Shown here one piece after another: positions 26,934 through 36,903 of a stretch of 64,000 nt of DNA. The first letter of the stretch is position 1; every line of letters starts with the position of its first letter. This DNA comes from Saprospiraceae bacterium (GTDB taxonomy: Bacteria > Bacteroidota > Bacteroidia > Chitinophagales > Saprospiraceae): the NCBI GenBank assembly GCA_045106825.1, contig JBGCFH010000036.1, positions 23,353 through 87,352 of the forward strand. Direction: 5' to 3'. A model generated the notes under the pieces. That model was given only the letters and a program-made list of their open reading frames with translations, searched no databases and had not been told where the DNA came from. The position numbers and the translations under genes were made by a program.

Positions 26934-27872
26934 ATGAATAAAAAGAAAATAATTTACATATTAGGTGTAGAAAGGAGTGGTTCTACCCTATTAAACATAA
27001 TCTTAGGGAATGATGACCATATAGCAAGTTTTGGAGAATTACAGTACTTTCCTGAAGCTGTTCTAAAAAATCATATGGCATATCAAGATGTCAATATTAA
27101 AGAATCCATATTTTGGTCAAATATTATTAATGAATTTGAAGTAAAATTTGGAACAGATATATTTTTGGAGTACCAAAACCTTAGAATAAAATATGAAAGA
27201 TGGCGTAGTATTCCTATGTTATTATTACACAAACTTTTAAAGAAAAAAACTCTTTTTTCATATTGGGAATATAACGATTTTTTAATCGACCAGTTACAAA
27301 AACGAACAAATAAAGAATACGTTTGTGACTCCTCAAAAAACTATCCTCGCTATTTGGCATTATTACTATCTAATCAATATAAATTTTATCCTATCTTAAT
27401 TATTCGTTCTGTTTATGGATATGTTTGGTCTAAAAAGAAACATTCAATAAATAATGGAAATAGCGACAAAAAACAAAATTTATTTAAGTCTATTATTTTT
27501 TGGAATAGTGATAACCTACTTTTTTTAATTATAAGATTATTTAATATTAAAAAAATCCCCATAGTTAAGTATGAAGATTTTGCAACTACTCCTGAAAATA
27601 CACTCAATAGACTTGAGCAAGTTTTTAATTTAAACCTAAAGTCTGTAAAAAAACATATAAAAGAAAAAAATATATTTACTATAAAAAATACAATAGCGGG
27701 AAATTACAGTTTAAGATTAAAAAATAAAATTTCAATAAAATTAGATAATTCTTGGAAAGTTAATTTAACACTAAAGGAAATAATAACAATATCGATATTA
27801 TCATTCTTTCTATTAAAAATCATAAATTATGAAACCTATTTTAAACGTCCAAAATCTTTGGAAACAATATAA
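26934..27872 (+). CDS. Sulfotransferase family protein (RSGST class)
   Basis: N-terminal PAPS 5'-phosphosulfate-binding loop IYILGVERSGSTLLNIILG. Inserted between wzm and wzt, and its 3' end overlaps wzt by 44 nt. Confidence 0.75.
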   Translation: MNKKKIIYILGVERSGSTLLNIILGNDDHIASFGELQYFPEAVLKNHMAYQDVNIKESIFWSNIINEFEVKFGTDIFLEYQNLRIKYERWRSIPMLLLHKLLKKKTLFSYWEYNDFLIDQLQKRTNKEYVCDSSKNYPRYLALLLSNQYKFYPILIIRSVYGYVWSKKKHSINNGNSDKKQNLFKSIIFWNSDNLLFLIIRLFNIKKIPIVKYEDFATTPENTLNRLEQVFNLNLKSVKKHIKEKNIFTIKNTIAGNYSLRLKNKISIKLDNSWKVNLTLKEIITISILSFFLLKIINYETYFKRPKSLETI

Positions 27873-29049
27873 AATCGGTGGGCAACAGGTATCTTACTTG
27901 AGTTTACGAGAACGATTATTACAGCCTTTTCAACGACAACAAACAAATACTTTTTGGGCTTTGCAAGGTCTTAACTTCGATGTTTATGAAGGGGAATGTA
28001 TTGGAATCATTGGTAGAAATGGAGCAGGAAAATCAACTCTTTTAAAGGTTTTATCTCAAATTACACCGCCGACAAAAGGCTGCATCAAAGCAAGAGGAAG
28101 AGTTGCAAGTTTGTTAGAAGTCGGTACAGGTTTTCATCCCGAGCTGACAGGTAGAGAAAACGTCTATTTAAACGGCTCTATTTTGGGTTTAAAACGAGCA
28201 GAAATTAAGGCTAAATTTGACGAAATCATTGATTTTAGTGGTATTGAAAAGTTCTTAGATACACCCTTAAAACATTATTCAAGTGGAATGCGTTTGCGAT
28301 TAGCTTTTTCGGTTGCAGCACATTTAGAACCTGAAATATTGTTAATTGATGAGGTTTTGGCGGTAGGTGATGCAGAGTTTCAGAAGAAGTGTTTGGGGAA
28401 GATGGATGAGGTGAGTAAGAGTGGACGGACGGTGATTTTTGTGAGTCATAATTTGGGGGCAGTTCGACAGTTGTGTAGTAGGGGGATTTTGCTAAATAAT
28501 GGCAGTATTATAACCGACGCTAATATTGATAATGTTATTAACAAATACTTAGGAAGTTATAACCAAACTTATCCTTCAATAAAAGATAGAAAAGATAGAA
28601 AAGGTAGTCTTCAAACAATCATTACAGAAATTGAATTATTAGAGCAAGGAGAAAAAGTATATAACAACTCTATAACAGCAGGAAATGAGTTGACGATTAT
28701 AATAACTTATAAAAGTTTTAGGAAAGACTATAAACAATTAAATAATTTACATATAGGAATTGCTATTTTCAATCAGTCAAACCAGTTTGTTTCTGTATTA
28801 AACAACAAAATGTCAAATTTTTCACTAACAAATCGCCCTTTAGACGGTAAGGTTTATTGTAAAATTGAGAAACTTCCACTCATGGGAGGAAATTTTTCTT
28901 GTAGGGTATCTCTGGAAGTTAATAATAGTCTATGTGACTACATCGAAGATGCATTCTATATAAATGTATTAGAAGGGGATTATTATTTATCAAAAAACCC
29001 AAACGTACAAAGTCGACAAGGAGTATACATCAATCAATCATGGTATTAA
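27829..29049 (+). CDS. wzt: Polysaccharide ABC exporter ATP-binding protein (Wzt/TagH-like) with about 160-aa C-terminal extension
   Basis: Walker A GRNGAGKST, signature YSSGMRLRLAF, Walker B ILLIDEVL. Residues from about 245 to 406 lie beyond the nucleotide-binding domain, as in Wzt proteins that carry a glycan-terminus-binding module. Confidence 0.88.
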   Translation: MKPILNVQNLWKQYKIGGQQVSYLSLRERLLQPFQRQQTNTFWALQGLNFDVYEGECIGIIGRNGAGKSTLLKVLSQITPPTKGCIKARGRVASLLEVGTGFHPELTGRENVYLNGSILGLKRAEIKAKFDEIIDFSGIEKFLDTPLKHYSSGMRLRLAFSVAAHLEPEILLIDEVLAVGDAEFQKKCLGKMDEVSKSGRTVIFVSHNLGAVRQLCSRGILLNNGSIITDANIDNVINKYLGSYNQTYPSIKDRKDRKGSLQTIITEIELLEQGEKVYNNSITAGNELTIIITYKSFRKDYKQLNNLHIGIAIFNQSNQFVSVLNNKMSNFSLTNRPLDGKVYCKIEKLPLMGGNFSCRVSLEVNNSLCDYIEDAFYINVLEGDYYLSKNPNVQSRQGVYINQSWY

Positions 29050-29870
29050 AAAAAAACAAGCTTCCTTCTTTCTTTATAATTGGAGCACAAAAATGCGGTA
29101 CAACCTATCTAAATAATCTATTAGGTAGTTCTCCATTTATTTATAGTCCCCCAAAAAAAGAAATTGATTTTTTCTCAAGTAATTTACTTTATACAAAAGG
29201 GATTTCTTTTTATAAAAAAAGTTTTAACTGTCCTCTCTATACTCTAAAAACCTTTGAGGCATGTCCAAACTATATGTATTATGAAAAGGCTATTAAACGC
29301 ATCTATAAATTTAACCCCAATTCCAAATTAATAATCATCATCAAAAACCCTGTCGAACGATTTATTTCAGCATGGAATATGTACTATCTATTTTTTGTAA
29401 CAAATGACGACAACAAATGGTATTCAAAAACTAATGTTATGAAAAACTATTTTGGAATCATGCCCTCTCCTCACAATCTAAATGGTATTTCTTTTTTAAA
29501 GAAGTCAATATTTCCTTCTTTAGACGAGGTGATAGAACAAGAAATAAGCGATTTTAAGAAAAATAAACTTCTCTTGGAACCAGGATTTCTTACAAGAGGG
29601 CTTTATATTGAACAAATTAAAAACATATTAAAATACTTCAACAACGAACAACTTTTAGTTATAAACAACAATCAGATTAATTCTTCTCTGCCTCAAATCA
29701 AATCTTTTTTAGGCATAGTACACTACCCTTTTTTCACTAAAAAAGTAAATGGGTTTATTGGAACTTACAAAAATGAAATACCAATATCGAAGTTAGAACA
29801 ACTACATCATTTTTATGAACCCTATAATCAGGAATTATATCACTTCTTAAAAAAAGACTTAAAATGGTAA
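29040..29870 (+). CDS. Sulfotransferase (Sulfotransfer_1-like, KxGTT class)
   Basis: 5'-PSB loop FFIIGAQKCGTTYL and 3'-phosphate motif IIIKNPVERFISAWN. Confidence 0.8.
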   Translation: MVLKKNKLPSFFIIGAQKCGTTYLNNLLGSSPFIYSPPKKEIDFFSSNLLYTKGISFYKKSFNCPLYTLKTFEACPNYMYYEKAIKRIYKFNPNSKLIIIIKNPVERFISAWNMYYLFFVTNDDNKWYSKTNVMKNYFGIMPSPHNLNGISFLKKSIFPSLDEVIEQEISDFKKNKLLLEPGFLTRGLYIEQIKNILKYFNNEQLLVINNNQINSSLPQIKSFLGIVHYPFFTKKVNGFIGTYKNEIPISKLEQLHHFYEPYNQELYHFLKKDLKW

Positions 29871-30754
29871 AATCACCTTTAACCAAAGGAACAGTAACCT
29901 TAATAAAAAAAATACCAGTATCCTTTATAATAGAGGGATATTTAAAAACTTTCGGACTTGATACAAGTAAGTATTTTGATTCAACAGATTATTTGAGTTT
30001 ATATCGCTGCGATGATACAGGATATGAATTTTACCATCCTTTTGAGATTGCAGGTGATGAAAATTTTTATGATTTTTTTCAAGAAAAATATGATTGGTAT
30101 TATCAAAAAGATAAGTGGGAATATGAGCAAGCATTAAAAATCGTAAACTTTAAAGGAGCAAAGGTATTAGAAATCGGTTGTGGAAATGGTTATTTTTTAA
30201 AAAAAGCACTCAACAAAAGTGCGAAAATAGCAGAAGGCTTAGAATTTAATAGTCATGCTGTTCGTTATTGCCAATCCGAAGGTTTAAACGTTTCTAACAA
30301 AAACTTATCTGAAATGCCAAAAGGAAACTTTTACGATATTATTTGTTCTTTTCAAGTTTTGGAACATATTGCTGAGGTGAATACCTTTTTCAAAAAAACA
30401 AGTAGCATTTTAAAGAAAAATGGTAAACTAATTATTGCTGTTCCGAATAATGCCTCAGTTCTTTTTCGCAATCAAAATGATTTAAACTTTATTAATCAAC
30501 TACATACAGAAAATTGTCTGTTAAATATGCCTCCACATCATTTAGGAAGATGGCACTATCAGGTCTTCAAAAACATAGAAGTATTTTTCTCCCTCAAACT
30601 AATAAATGTTGCCTACGAACCAATATGGAATGACAGGTTACACTACTTATCATTATTAAATAAAGAGGATAATATTATACAAAAAATAAATTTTAAATTA
30701 TTTAGACCTTTTATAAAAGGGCATTCAATATTGGTTATCTTAAAAAAAATCTAA
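29864..30754 (+). CDS. Class I SAM-dependent methyltransferase
   Basis: Motif I VLEIGCGNGYF, post-I/II YDIICSFQVLEHI, and LKKNGKLIIAVPN. Overlaps the preceding sulfotransferase by 7 nt. Confidence 0.8.
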   Translation: MVKSPLTKGTVTLIKKIPVSFIIEGYLKTFGLDTSKYFDSTDYLSLYRCDDTGYEFYHPFEIAGDENFYDFFQEKYDWYYQKDKWEYEQALKIVNFKGAKVLEIGCGNGYFLKKALNKSAKIAEGLEFNSHAVRYCQSEGLNVSNKNLSEMPKGNFYDIICSFQVLEHIAEVNTFFKKTSSILKKNGKLIIAVPNNASVLFRNQNDLNFINQLHTENCLLNMPPHHLGRWHYQVFKNIEVFFSLKLINVAYEPIWNDRLHYLSLLNKEDNIIQKINFKLFRPFIKGHSILVILKKI

Positions 30755-31923
30755 TGAAAATAGCAATAATAAGCACTATGAATGGTGCGGACTGGGGTGG
30801 AAGTGAAGCACTATGGTTCGATTTTGTTAAATTTTCACAACAAGCTGGACACGAATGTCATGTATATAAAAAAATTAATCCTTCACATCCTAAGGCTTTG
30901 GAGTTGATTAATAAAGGTGTAAATGTAAAGTTTGGGAATAGAAATAAAATCATTAAACTCATTAAACTTGTAGCAAGAAAGTTTTCACAATCACCTATCA
31001 AAACAGAGTTAAAAATAGCACATCTTTTGTCCTTTCTAAATCCTTACAAATGTTATTTTAAAAACAACTTTGATGTTATCTTAATTAATCAAGGAGGTAC
31101 TTATGATATTCTCCATGACACGTTTTTAATGCAATTGGTGTTTGAATATAACAAAAATAATCTTTTTTTAATATGTCATTGGAATACAGATTATTCAAGG
31201 GAGTATTATTTCCCTTACGAATGGCATCGTAGGATTTTTCAAAAATTCAATCGCATTTTCTTTGTTTCTAAAAGAAATCAACAAACGACAGAACGGCAAT
31301 TAGCAACAAAATTGAACAATGCTGAACTCATAAAAAATCCTATTAATAGACCAAATATTGACTATATCAAATATCCTAATAGTGATGATACTTTGAAGAT
31401 AGCTTGTGTTGCACTACTAAGTGCTGTCAATAAAGGGCAAGATGTTTTGTTAGAGGTTTTGAAACAAAAAAAATGGAAAAAAAGGAATATTACTTTACAT
31501 CTCTTTGGTAAGGGACAAGATAAAAGGTATTATGAAGAACTTGTCGATTTGTATGACCTCAAAAATAAAGTTATCTTTGAAGGATATCAACCAGTTGATG
31601 AAATATGGCGAAAGTGTCATTTGCTAATAATGCCATCTATTTCAGAGGGTTTCCCTCTTGCCTTAATAGAAGCAATGACAGCAGGAAGAACAGCTGTAGT
31701 GACTCATATAGCAGGTATGCCCGAAATTATACAAGATGGTAAAAATGGTTTTATTGCAGCTGCTCCAAAGGATGTTTTTTTAGATGCAGCTCTGGAAAAA
31801 GCTTGGAAATATAGAGATACCTGGCAGGAACTTGGACTTAATGCAAGAGAAACTGCGTTAACTTTTTATGAACCGAATGCAGGAGAAGTGTTACTTAAAA
31901 AATTTTATAATGCATTGTTTTAG
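30754..31923 (+). CDS. Glycosyltransferase family 4 (GT-B)
   Basis: C-terminal E-x7-E region SISEGFPLALIEAMTAGRTAVVTHIAGMPEIIQDGKNGF. Confidence 0.8.
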   Translation: MKIAIISTMNGADWGGSEALWFDFVKFSQQAGHECHVYKKINPSHPKALELINKGVNVKFGNRNKIIKLIKLVARKFSQSPIKTELKIAHLLSFLNPYKCYFKNNFDVILINQGGTYDILHDTFLMQLVFEYNKNNLFLICHWNTDYSREYYFPYEWHRRIFQKFNRIFFVSKRNQQTTERQLATKLNNAELIKNPINRPNIDYIKYPNSDDTLKIACVALLSAVNKGQDVLLEVLKQKKWKKRNITLHLFGKGQDKRYYEELVDLYDLKNKVIFEGYQPVDEIWRKCHLLIMPSISEGFPLALIEAMTAGRTAVVTHIAGMPEIIQDGKNGFIAAAPKDVFLDAALEKAWKYRDTWQELGLNARETALTFYEPNAGEVLLKKFYNALF

Positions 31924-32141
31924 TTTAGTTCACAACTAATTATAATTTTATTGCTTCTCTGAAAAAAATTATGGTTTCGATGAAAATTGTAAAAAAATGA
32001 AATCTGCTACGATAATATTTGATATTCGGGACTCCGTTGACTTTTAATCAAATACCTAATAGCATCGTCGAAAAGTTTTTATTGTTTTGAATTTTGAACG
32101 TTTCCACAAAACAATTCAAATAACCTTCTTATTATTCAAAA

Positions 32142-33131
32142 ATGAATAAAAAAATAGAAAACAAGGGTATTTCCGTCATAATTTGTTGCTATAATAGTAT
32201 TGCAAGAATAAAACCGACTTTACAGCATATTGCAATGCAAGATGTTCCAAATAATATTTCATGGGAAGTAATTTTGGTTGATAATAACTCTAATGACGGA
32301 ACAGCAGATTTTGCACGTCAACTATGGATGAACTTCGAAAAAGAAGTATTCCTACACATAGTTACTGAAAAAAAAGCAGGACTTAATTATGCACGAGAAA
32401 AAGGCATCGTAACAAGTGCTTACGAATACATCATATTTTGTGATGATGATAACTGGTTAAATTTTTCTTATGTTAGTACAGTTTATGAATTGATGAGTAA
32501 TAATGATAGGATTGGAGTATTAGGTGGAATAGGCACGGCGGTTTCTGATACGACACTCCCTAAATGGTTTGAAGACTTACAATCTTTTTATGCTGTTGGT
32601 AAACAACATCATACGGAAGGAAATATTGGGTATAAAGCGGTATATGGTGCAGGAATGGTTCTAAGGAAATCGTATTTTTTGTATGCAAAAAATAAGGGGT
32701 TTAAAGCTTTACTATCGGGTAGAAAAGAAAATCAATTATCGTCAGGAGAAGATTACGAATTGTGCTTAGTTATGATTTTGTTAGGATATGAAATATGGTA
32801 TAATGAACGATTAAGCTTTAAGCATTTTATCTCTAAAGCAAGATTAAATTGGGATTATTTATCAAAATTGAATGACGCAAATGGTCAAGTAATGTTTGTA
32901 TCTATTGCTTATTATCATCATCTAAAACAATATCCTATCAATTTAGGATTTTATTTATTATTTGGATTAAAATTTTCTCTTAGCTTTCTCGTAAATCTAA
33001 TTTTCCCTCCATTTTCGTACTTAAAAAAACAACGTAATCAGATTAAACAAACATACCTGCTAAAATATTTTAAAAATTGGCGTCTTTATAAAGATATGCG
33101 AAACGAAATAAATAACTGGATTTTTCAATGA
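32142..33131 (+). CDS. Glycosyltransferase family 2 (GT-A)
   Basis: ISVIICCYNS.., VILVDNNSNDGT, and the DxD region FCDDDNWL. Confidence 0.85.
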   Translation: MNKKIENKGISVIICCYNSIARIKPTLQHIAMQDVPNNISWEVILVDNNSNDGTADFARQLWMNFEKEVFLHIVTEKKAGLNYAREKGIVTSAYEYIIFCDDDNWLNFSYVSTVYELMSNNDRIGVLGGIGTAVSDTTLPKWFEDLQSFYAVGKQHHTEGNIGYKAVYGAGMVLRKSYFLYAKNKGFKALLSGRKENQLSSGEDYELCLVMILLGYEIWYNERLSFKHFISKARLNWDYLSKLNDANGQVMFVSIAYYHHLKQYPINLGFYLLFGLKFSLSFLVNLIFPPFSYLKKQRNQIKQTYLLKYFKNWRLYKDMRNEINNWIFQ

Positions 33132-34294
33132 AAATACTTACAATTGTCGATACATTTCCTCCTGTTTTTGGTGGTGTTGGAGAGTACACTTATTTCTTGT
33201 TAAAAGAGTTAAGCTTCTATGGACATAAATTGAGCGTAATCTGTGAACGGCACGAAACAATTCAAAGCACGAATTGGTGTGAAGTCTTTCCTATTGTAGA
33301 TGATTGGAAAGCTTTAAATCAATATATAGGGAAAATAAAAACTATTAATCCTGATGTAGTAATTATTCAATACGACAATTTTAGTTACCATAAATTTGGA
33401 ACTCCTTTCTTTTTTAATCTCTTGATACTTCGTATTAGACCAATTAAAGTGGTCATTTTTTTTCATGAAGTCCGAAGTAAATTCAAACGATATGGACTAT
33501 TTCGCTTCTTTAATGTCTCTCTACAAATTTTAAACACTCAATTGTTACATACATTATCGGGGGTCTCCATAACGAGTATTCCTTTCTATCAAAAACTTAT
33601 TCAAAAGCCATTTTTAAGTTCGAAACCAGTAAAACTCATACGAATAGGAAGTAATATCACACTTGATAAAACAACAAAAGATATATCCATATTAGCAAAT
33701 CAACTTGGTCTAACAAATCATTTTATAGTTGGGACTTTTGGTCATAAACCTCGTAATATTAATTTTATTATAGAAACACTTCCTGCTCTACTTCAACAAC
33801 AAAGTAATGTTAAACTACTTATTATAGGAGCGTTCAGATCTGATATTCTAAATAAAATTAAGGAAAAAATACAAAAATTAAAGTTAACAAAACATATTAT
33901 TTTTACAGGATACCTAACTAAGGAAGAAGTTAGTAATTATCTAAGACTTATAGATATTTATTTGATGTTGGAAAACGTTTCCACAGATGGTCTTTGGACA
34001 GGTACATCTACTCGTAGTGGATCATTAGCCGCAGCAATGGGAACAGGAAAAGTAATTATAGGAACTAAAGGTGAAAAGACAGATGCTTTTTTTACAGATA
34101 AGAATATTTTACTACTTGAGGAATTATCAATTTCTAATTTGTTAAATGCTATTTCATTCTTATCAAAAAATGAAGTAGTGAGAAAAACTATGGTGGAAGA
34201 ATCTTTAAAGAGCTATCAACAAGCATTATCATGGGAAGTGATTGCTCGACAGTACAACACTATACTTACTGATTATTCAATTAACAAGCAATAA
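33128..34294 (+). CDS. Glycosyltransferase (GT-B, GT4-like)
   Basis: N-terminus MKILTIVDTFPPVFGGVGEYTYFL is typical of GT4 enzymes. The C-terminal half is divergent. Overlaps the GT2 gene by 4 nt. Confidence 0.6.
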   Translation: MKILTIVDTFPPVFGGVGEYTYFLLKELSFYGHKLSVICERHETIQSTNWCEVFPIVDDWKALNQYIGKIKTINPDVVIIQYDNFSYHKFGTPFFFNLLILRIRPIKVVIFFHEVRSKFKRYGLFRFFNVSLQILNTQLLHTLSGVSITSIPFYQKLIQKPFLSSKPVKLIRIGSNITLDKTTKDISILANQLGLTNHFIVGTFGHKPRNINFIIETLPALLQQQSNVKLLIIGAFRSDILNKIKEKIQKLKLTKHIIFTGYLTKEEVSNYLRLIDIYLMLENVSTDGLWTGTSTRSGSLAAAMGTGKVIIGTKGEKTDAFFTDKNILLLEELSISNLLNAISFLSKNEVVRKTMVEESLKSYQQALSWEVIARQYNTILTDYSINKQ

Positions 34295-34349
34295 AATTAT
34301 TAAAAAAGAGGGATTTCATCCGTTTTGTTGAACCTTCACCATTACAATA

Positions 34350-35213
34350 TCAGGGAAAACAAATAATATCTAACTGACAGTTATCTAAATTTATCCTATT
34401 TATATTTTTTTTAGTATTTGCATCCTGAATTTTGTAGTATTTAAGAGAACGAAGATACTCAATCATATCTAATGCCGAGCTTCCGTAATTCCTCAAATGT
34501 TTATCACATAATTCTACAAATAAAATAGGTTTATGTTCTCTGATGACTTCTACTGCTCCTTGAAGAACATCCATCTCAAAACCTTCTACATCTATTTTTA
34601 GAACATTTATCTCTGAGATATTTTGTCCTTTTATAAAATTATCTAAAGTAATAACTTGTATATCTTGTTTTCTTGATTTATCCAAGACAACTCGACTTGT
34701 CCCGAGATTATTTTTCTCAGCAACTTCTAAACACAATCGACCATTTTCTTTACCAACAGCCATATCATGAATCGTAATATTTGTAAAAGGATTTAGAGCT
34801 ATATTCTTTTTTAATTTGTTCAAATTTAAGGGATGTGGCTCAAAAGCAAAAACTTTTCCATTAGGAGCTACCTTTGCAAAATTAAGAGTATAATATCCAA
34901 GATTAGCTCCTACATCAATGATACATGCCTCTGATTTAATAGTAGAAAGGAGATAATCCATGCTTTTATCAAAAACCCTATAATAAACACGCCAATCATT
35001 GTAGTTACTTATATCCAACTCAAAGTTGATTCCGTCATTTTTTACTATTTTGATGGTTAAGGCATCAGATGATTTGGGGCGATGTGCCAATAAATCTCTT
35101 AGTTTATAATTTCCGATATATCCTTTTCTCAATACATTTTGAAAAAATTGAACTTTGCGAAAAGGTAAAAATAAACATTGTAAAAAATACTTCACAAAAT
35201 CCTTTAGTCTCAT
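34350..35213 (-). CDS. FkbM-family SAM-dependent methyltransferase
   Basis: IIDVGANLGYYTLNFAK, KVFAFEPHPLN and KIDVEGFEMDVLQGA are the FkbM signature blocks. Confidence 0.85.
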   Translation of the reverse strand: MRLKDFVKYFLQCLFLPFRKVQFFQNVLRKGYIGNYKLRDLLAHRPKSSDALTIKIVKNDGINFELDISNYNDWRVYYRVFDKSMDYLLSTIKSEACIIDVGANLGYYTLNFAKVAPNGKVFAFEPHPLNLNKLKKNIALNPFTNITIHDMAVGKENGRLCLEVAEKNNLGTSRVVLDKSRKQDIQVITLDNFIKGQNISEINVLKIDVEGFEMDVLQGAVEVIREHKPILFVELCDKHLRNYGSSALDMIEYLRSLKYYKIQDANTKKNINRINLDNCQLDIICFP

Positions 35214-36058
35214 CTGTTTTTTTTATCAAAATACCACTCTTTAATTTGATGTGGTGTATTTTTAAGAAGCATTAATTTAAATAACCAGTAATATTTATGT
35301 CTTTTTTGTTCCAAACCGACCTTGATATTGTATTCTAAATCAAACTTTAAGGAGAATTGGTGATAGATAGATCCTTCAACAACATCTTCTTTATTTAATT
35401 TCATCACTCTCCAAGATTCATTCAACCAGTGAATGACAAATTGTGAGGAAGGCAACACCATATCATAGTTACTATACAAGGCTATCTGTTCCCACCTATC
35501 AGGATTAGCAATAGTCGAGTTGATATATTTTTTTAGTTTAAATTGTTTGATTGCTTTTCGTAAAATAAAGGAAGGCAACATCCATTTTTTATTATTCTCA
35601 TCAACATATTGTTTAGTTTGTTGATAACACCATTTCATTATTGGACTTTTAGGTGGACATTTAATCATATTATTAACAATAGAACGAGCCGAATCTCTAC
35701 GAAAAACATAAGGTTCATCAAAATCCAATGCCTTCAAACAAGTCATATCCATATCTACCCACCAACCACCTTTTTCATACAGAAGCTTACATCGGAAAAT
35801 ATCGGAAAAACCTGCAACGCTGCCTTTTCCATGTCCATATTTACTATGATTTTTATATCTAAAAATTTCATTTTTAGGAATTATTTCATTTGCATCTTTG
35901 AGTACAACTCCGTTTGGTATAGGTGTTTTAATAGTATCGTATACCCAAAGTTGAAAAGTATGACCATGATATAAAAAAGACTCAAGTGTCAATAAACCTA
36001 AATTATCAAGAGTATCTCCTATCCATAAACTATTAACAACTTGATTACTCGTATTCAT
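35210..36058 (-). CDS. GT32-like glycosyltransferase with DxD motif (tandem paralogue 1)
   Basis: GFSDIFRCKLLYEKGGWWVDMDMTCLK resembles the sugar-binding/DxD region of GT32-type enzymes (..SD..R..LL...GG.Y.D.D). 282 aa. Confidence 0.6.
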   Translation of the reverse strand: MNTSNQVVNSLWIGDTLDNLGLLTLESFLYHGHTFQLWVYDTIKTPIPNGVVLKDANEIIPKNEIFRYKNHSKYGHGKGSVAGFSDIFRCKLLYEKGGWWVDMDMTCLKALDFDEPYVFRRDSARSIVNNMIKCPPKSPIMKWCYQQTKQYVDENNKKWMLPSFILRKAIKQFKLKKYINSTIANPDRWEQIALYSNYDMVLPSSQFVIHWLNESWRVMKLNKEDVVEGSIYHQFSLKFDLEYNIKVGLEQKRHKYYWLFKLMLLKNTPHQIKEWYFDKKNR

Positions 36059-36903
36059 TCAATTATTTTTTTTAATAATAACCTAAATGAATTAGGTAAC
36101 AAAGGAATAAGCTTTTGTCTAAGTTTCCATTCAATATATTTGAACCTACCATGCCCTTTACTCCCCTTATTTATCTTAATATCATAAGAATCTATTAGTT
36201 TAGCATACGTTGTATTTTTCATCGCTATATTCTTATTCAATCCTTTATTATTCCAAGCTGTATTCACCCAATGAATAATGTGATAACTCTCGTCAATAGG
36301 ATATTGATAAAAATAATATAATGCGATTAACTCCCATCTATCTAAATTAGATGAGTTATGATGGATAAAATTTGATAATTTTAATTTTTTAATATTCTTA
36401 TTCAAAATTATAATTGGTTTCAACCAATCTATATTGTCTGGAGTTACTTTTATAACTGCTTCTTCATAACAATTATACATTAATTGACTTTTAGGTGGAC
36501 ATTTCATAAAATTTCCAACTATGGGTAAAAAATCATTAGGTCGAAAAACGTAAGGAGTACTAAAATTTAAGGGTTTCAAACACGTTACATCCATATCTAC
36601 CCACCAACCACCTTTTTCATAAAGCAGTTTATACCTAAAAATATCTGAAAATCCTGCTACACTACCTTTCCCTTGTTTCGAGATAGGATCATTATATTTA
36701 TATCTAAAAATTCGGGAAGCCGGTAATATTTCATTAGCATTTTTCACAACGACCTCCTCAGGAATTTTGGTTTCTAATTCTTCATAGAGATATAGATGAA
36801 ACTCATGACCATAATAAATAAACGAATGTAAGGTCAAAAGTTCTAAAGGAGATAATGTTTTACCTATCCAAAGACTTTGTACAATTTTATTCTGTTTATT
36901 CAA
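36055..36903 (-). CDS. GT32-like glycosyltransferase with DxD motif (tandem paralogue 2)
   Basis: GFSDIFRYKLLYEKGGWWVDMDVTCLK. Also exactly 282 aa. Shares an identical 33-nt block with paralogue 1 (36589-36621 versus 35747-35779). Confidence 0.6.
   Translation of the reverse strand: MNKQNKIVQSLWIGKTLSPLELLTLHSFIYYGHEFHLYLYEELETKIPEEVVVKNANEILPASRIFRYKYNDPISKQGKGSVAGFSDIFRYKLLYEKGGWWVDMDVTCLKPLNFSTPYVFRPNDFLPIVGNFMKCPPKSQLMYNCYEEAVIKVTPDNIDWLKPIIILNKNIKKLKLSNFIHHNSSNLDRWELIALYYFYQYPIDESYHIIHWVNTAWNNKGLNKNIAMKNTTYAKLIDSYDIKINKGSKGHGRFKYIEWKLRQKLIPLLPNSFRLLLKKIIE

Noticed and set aside
31970-32050. Tiny ORFs in the GT4/GT2 gap (MVSMKIVKK; MKSATIIFDIRDSVDF) that might be remnants of a glycosyltransferase N-terminus.
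   Set aside because: At 9 and 16 codons they are too short to distinguish from chance.
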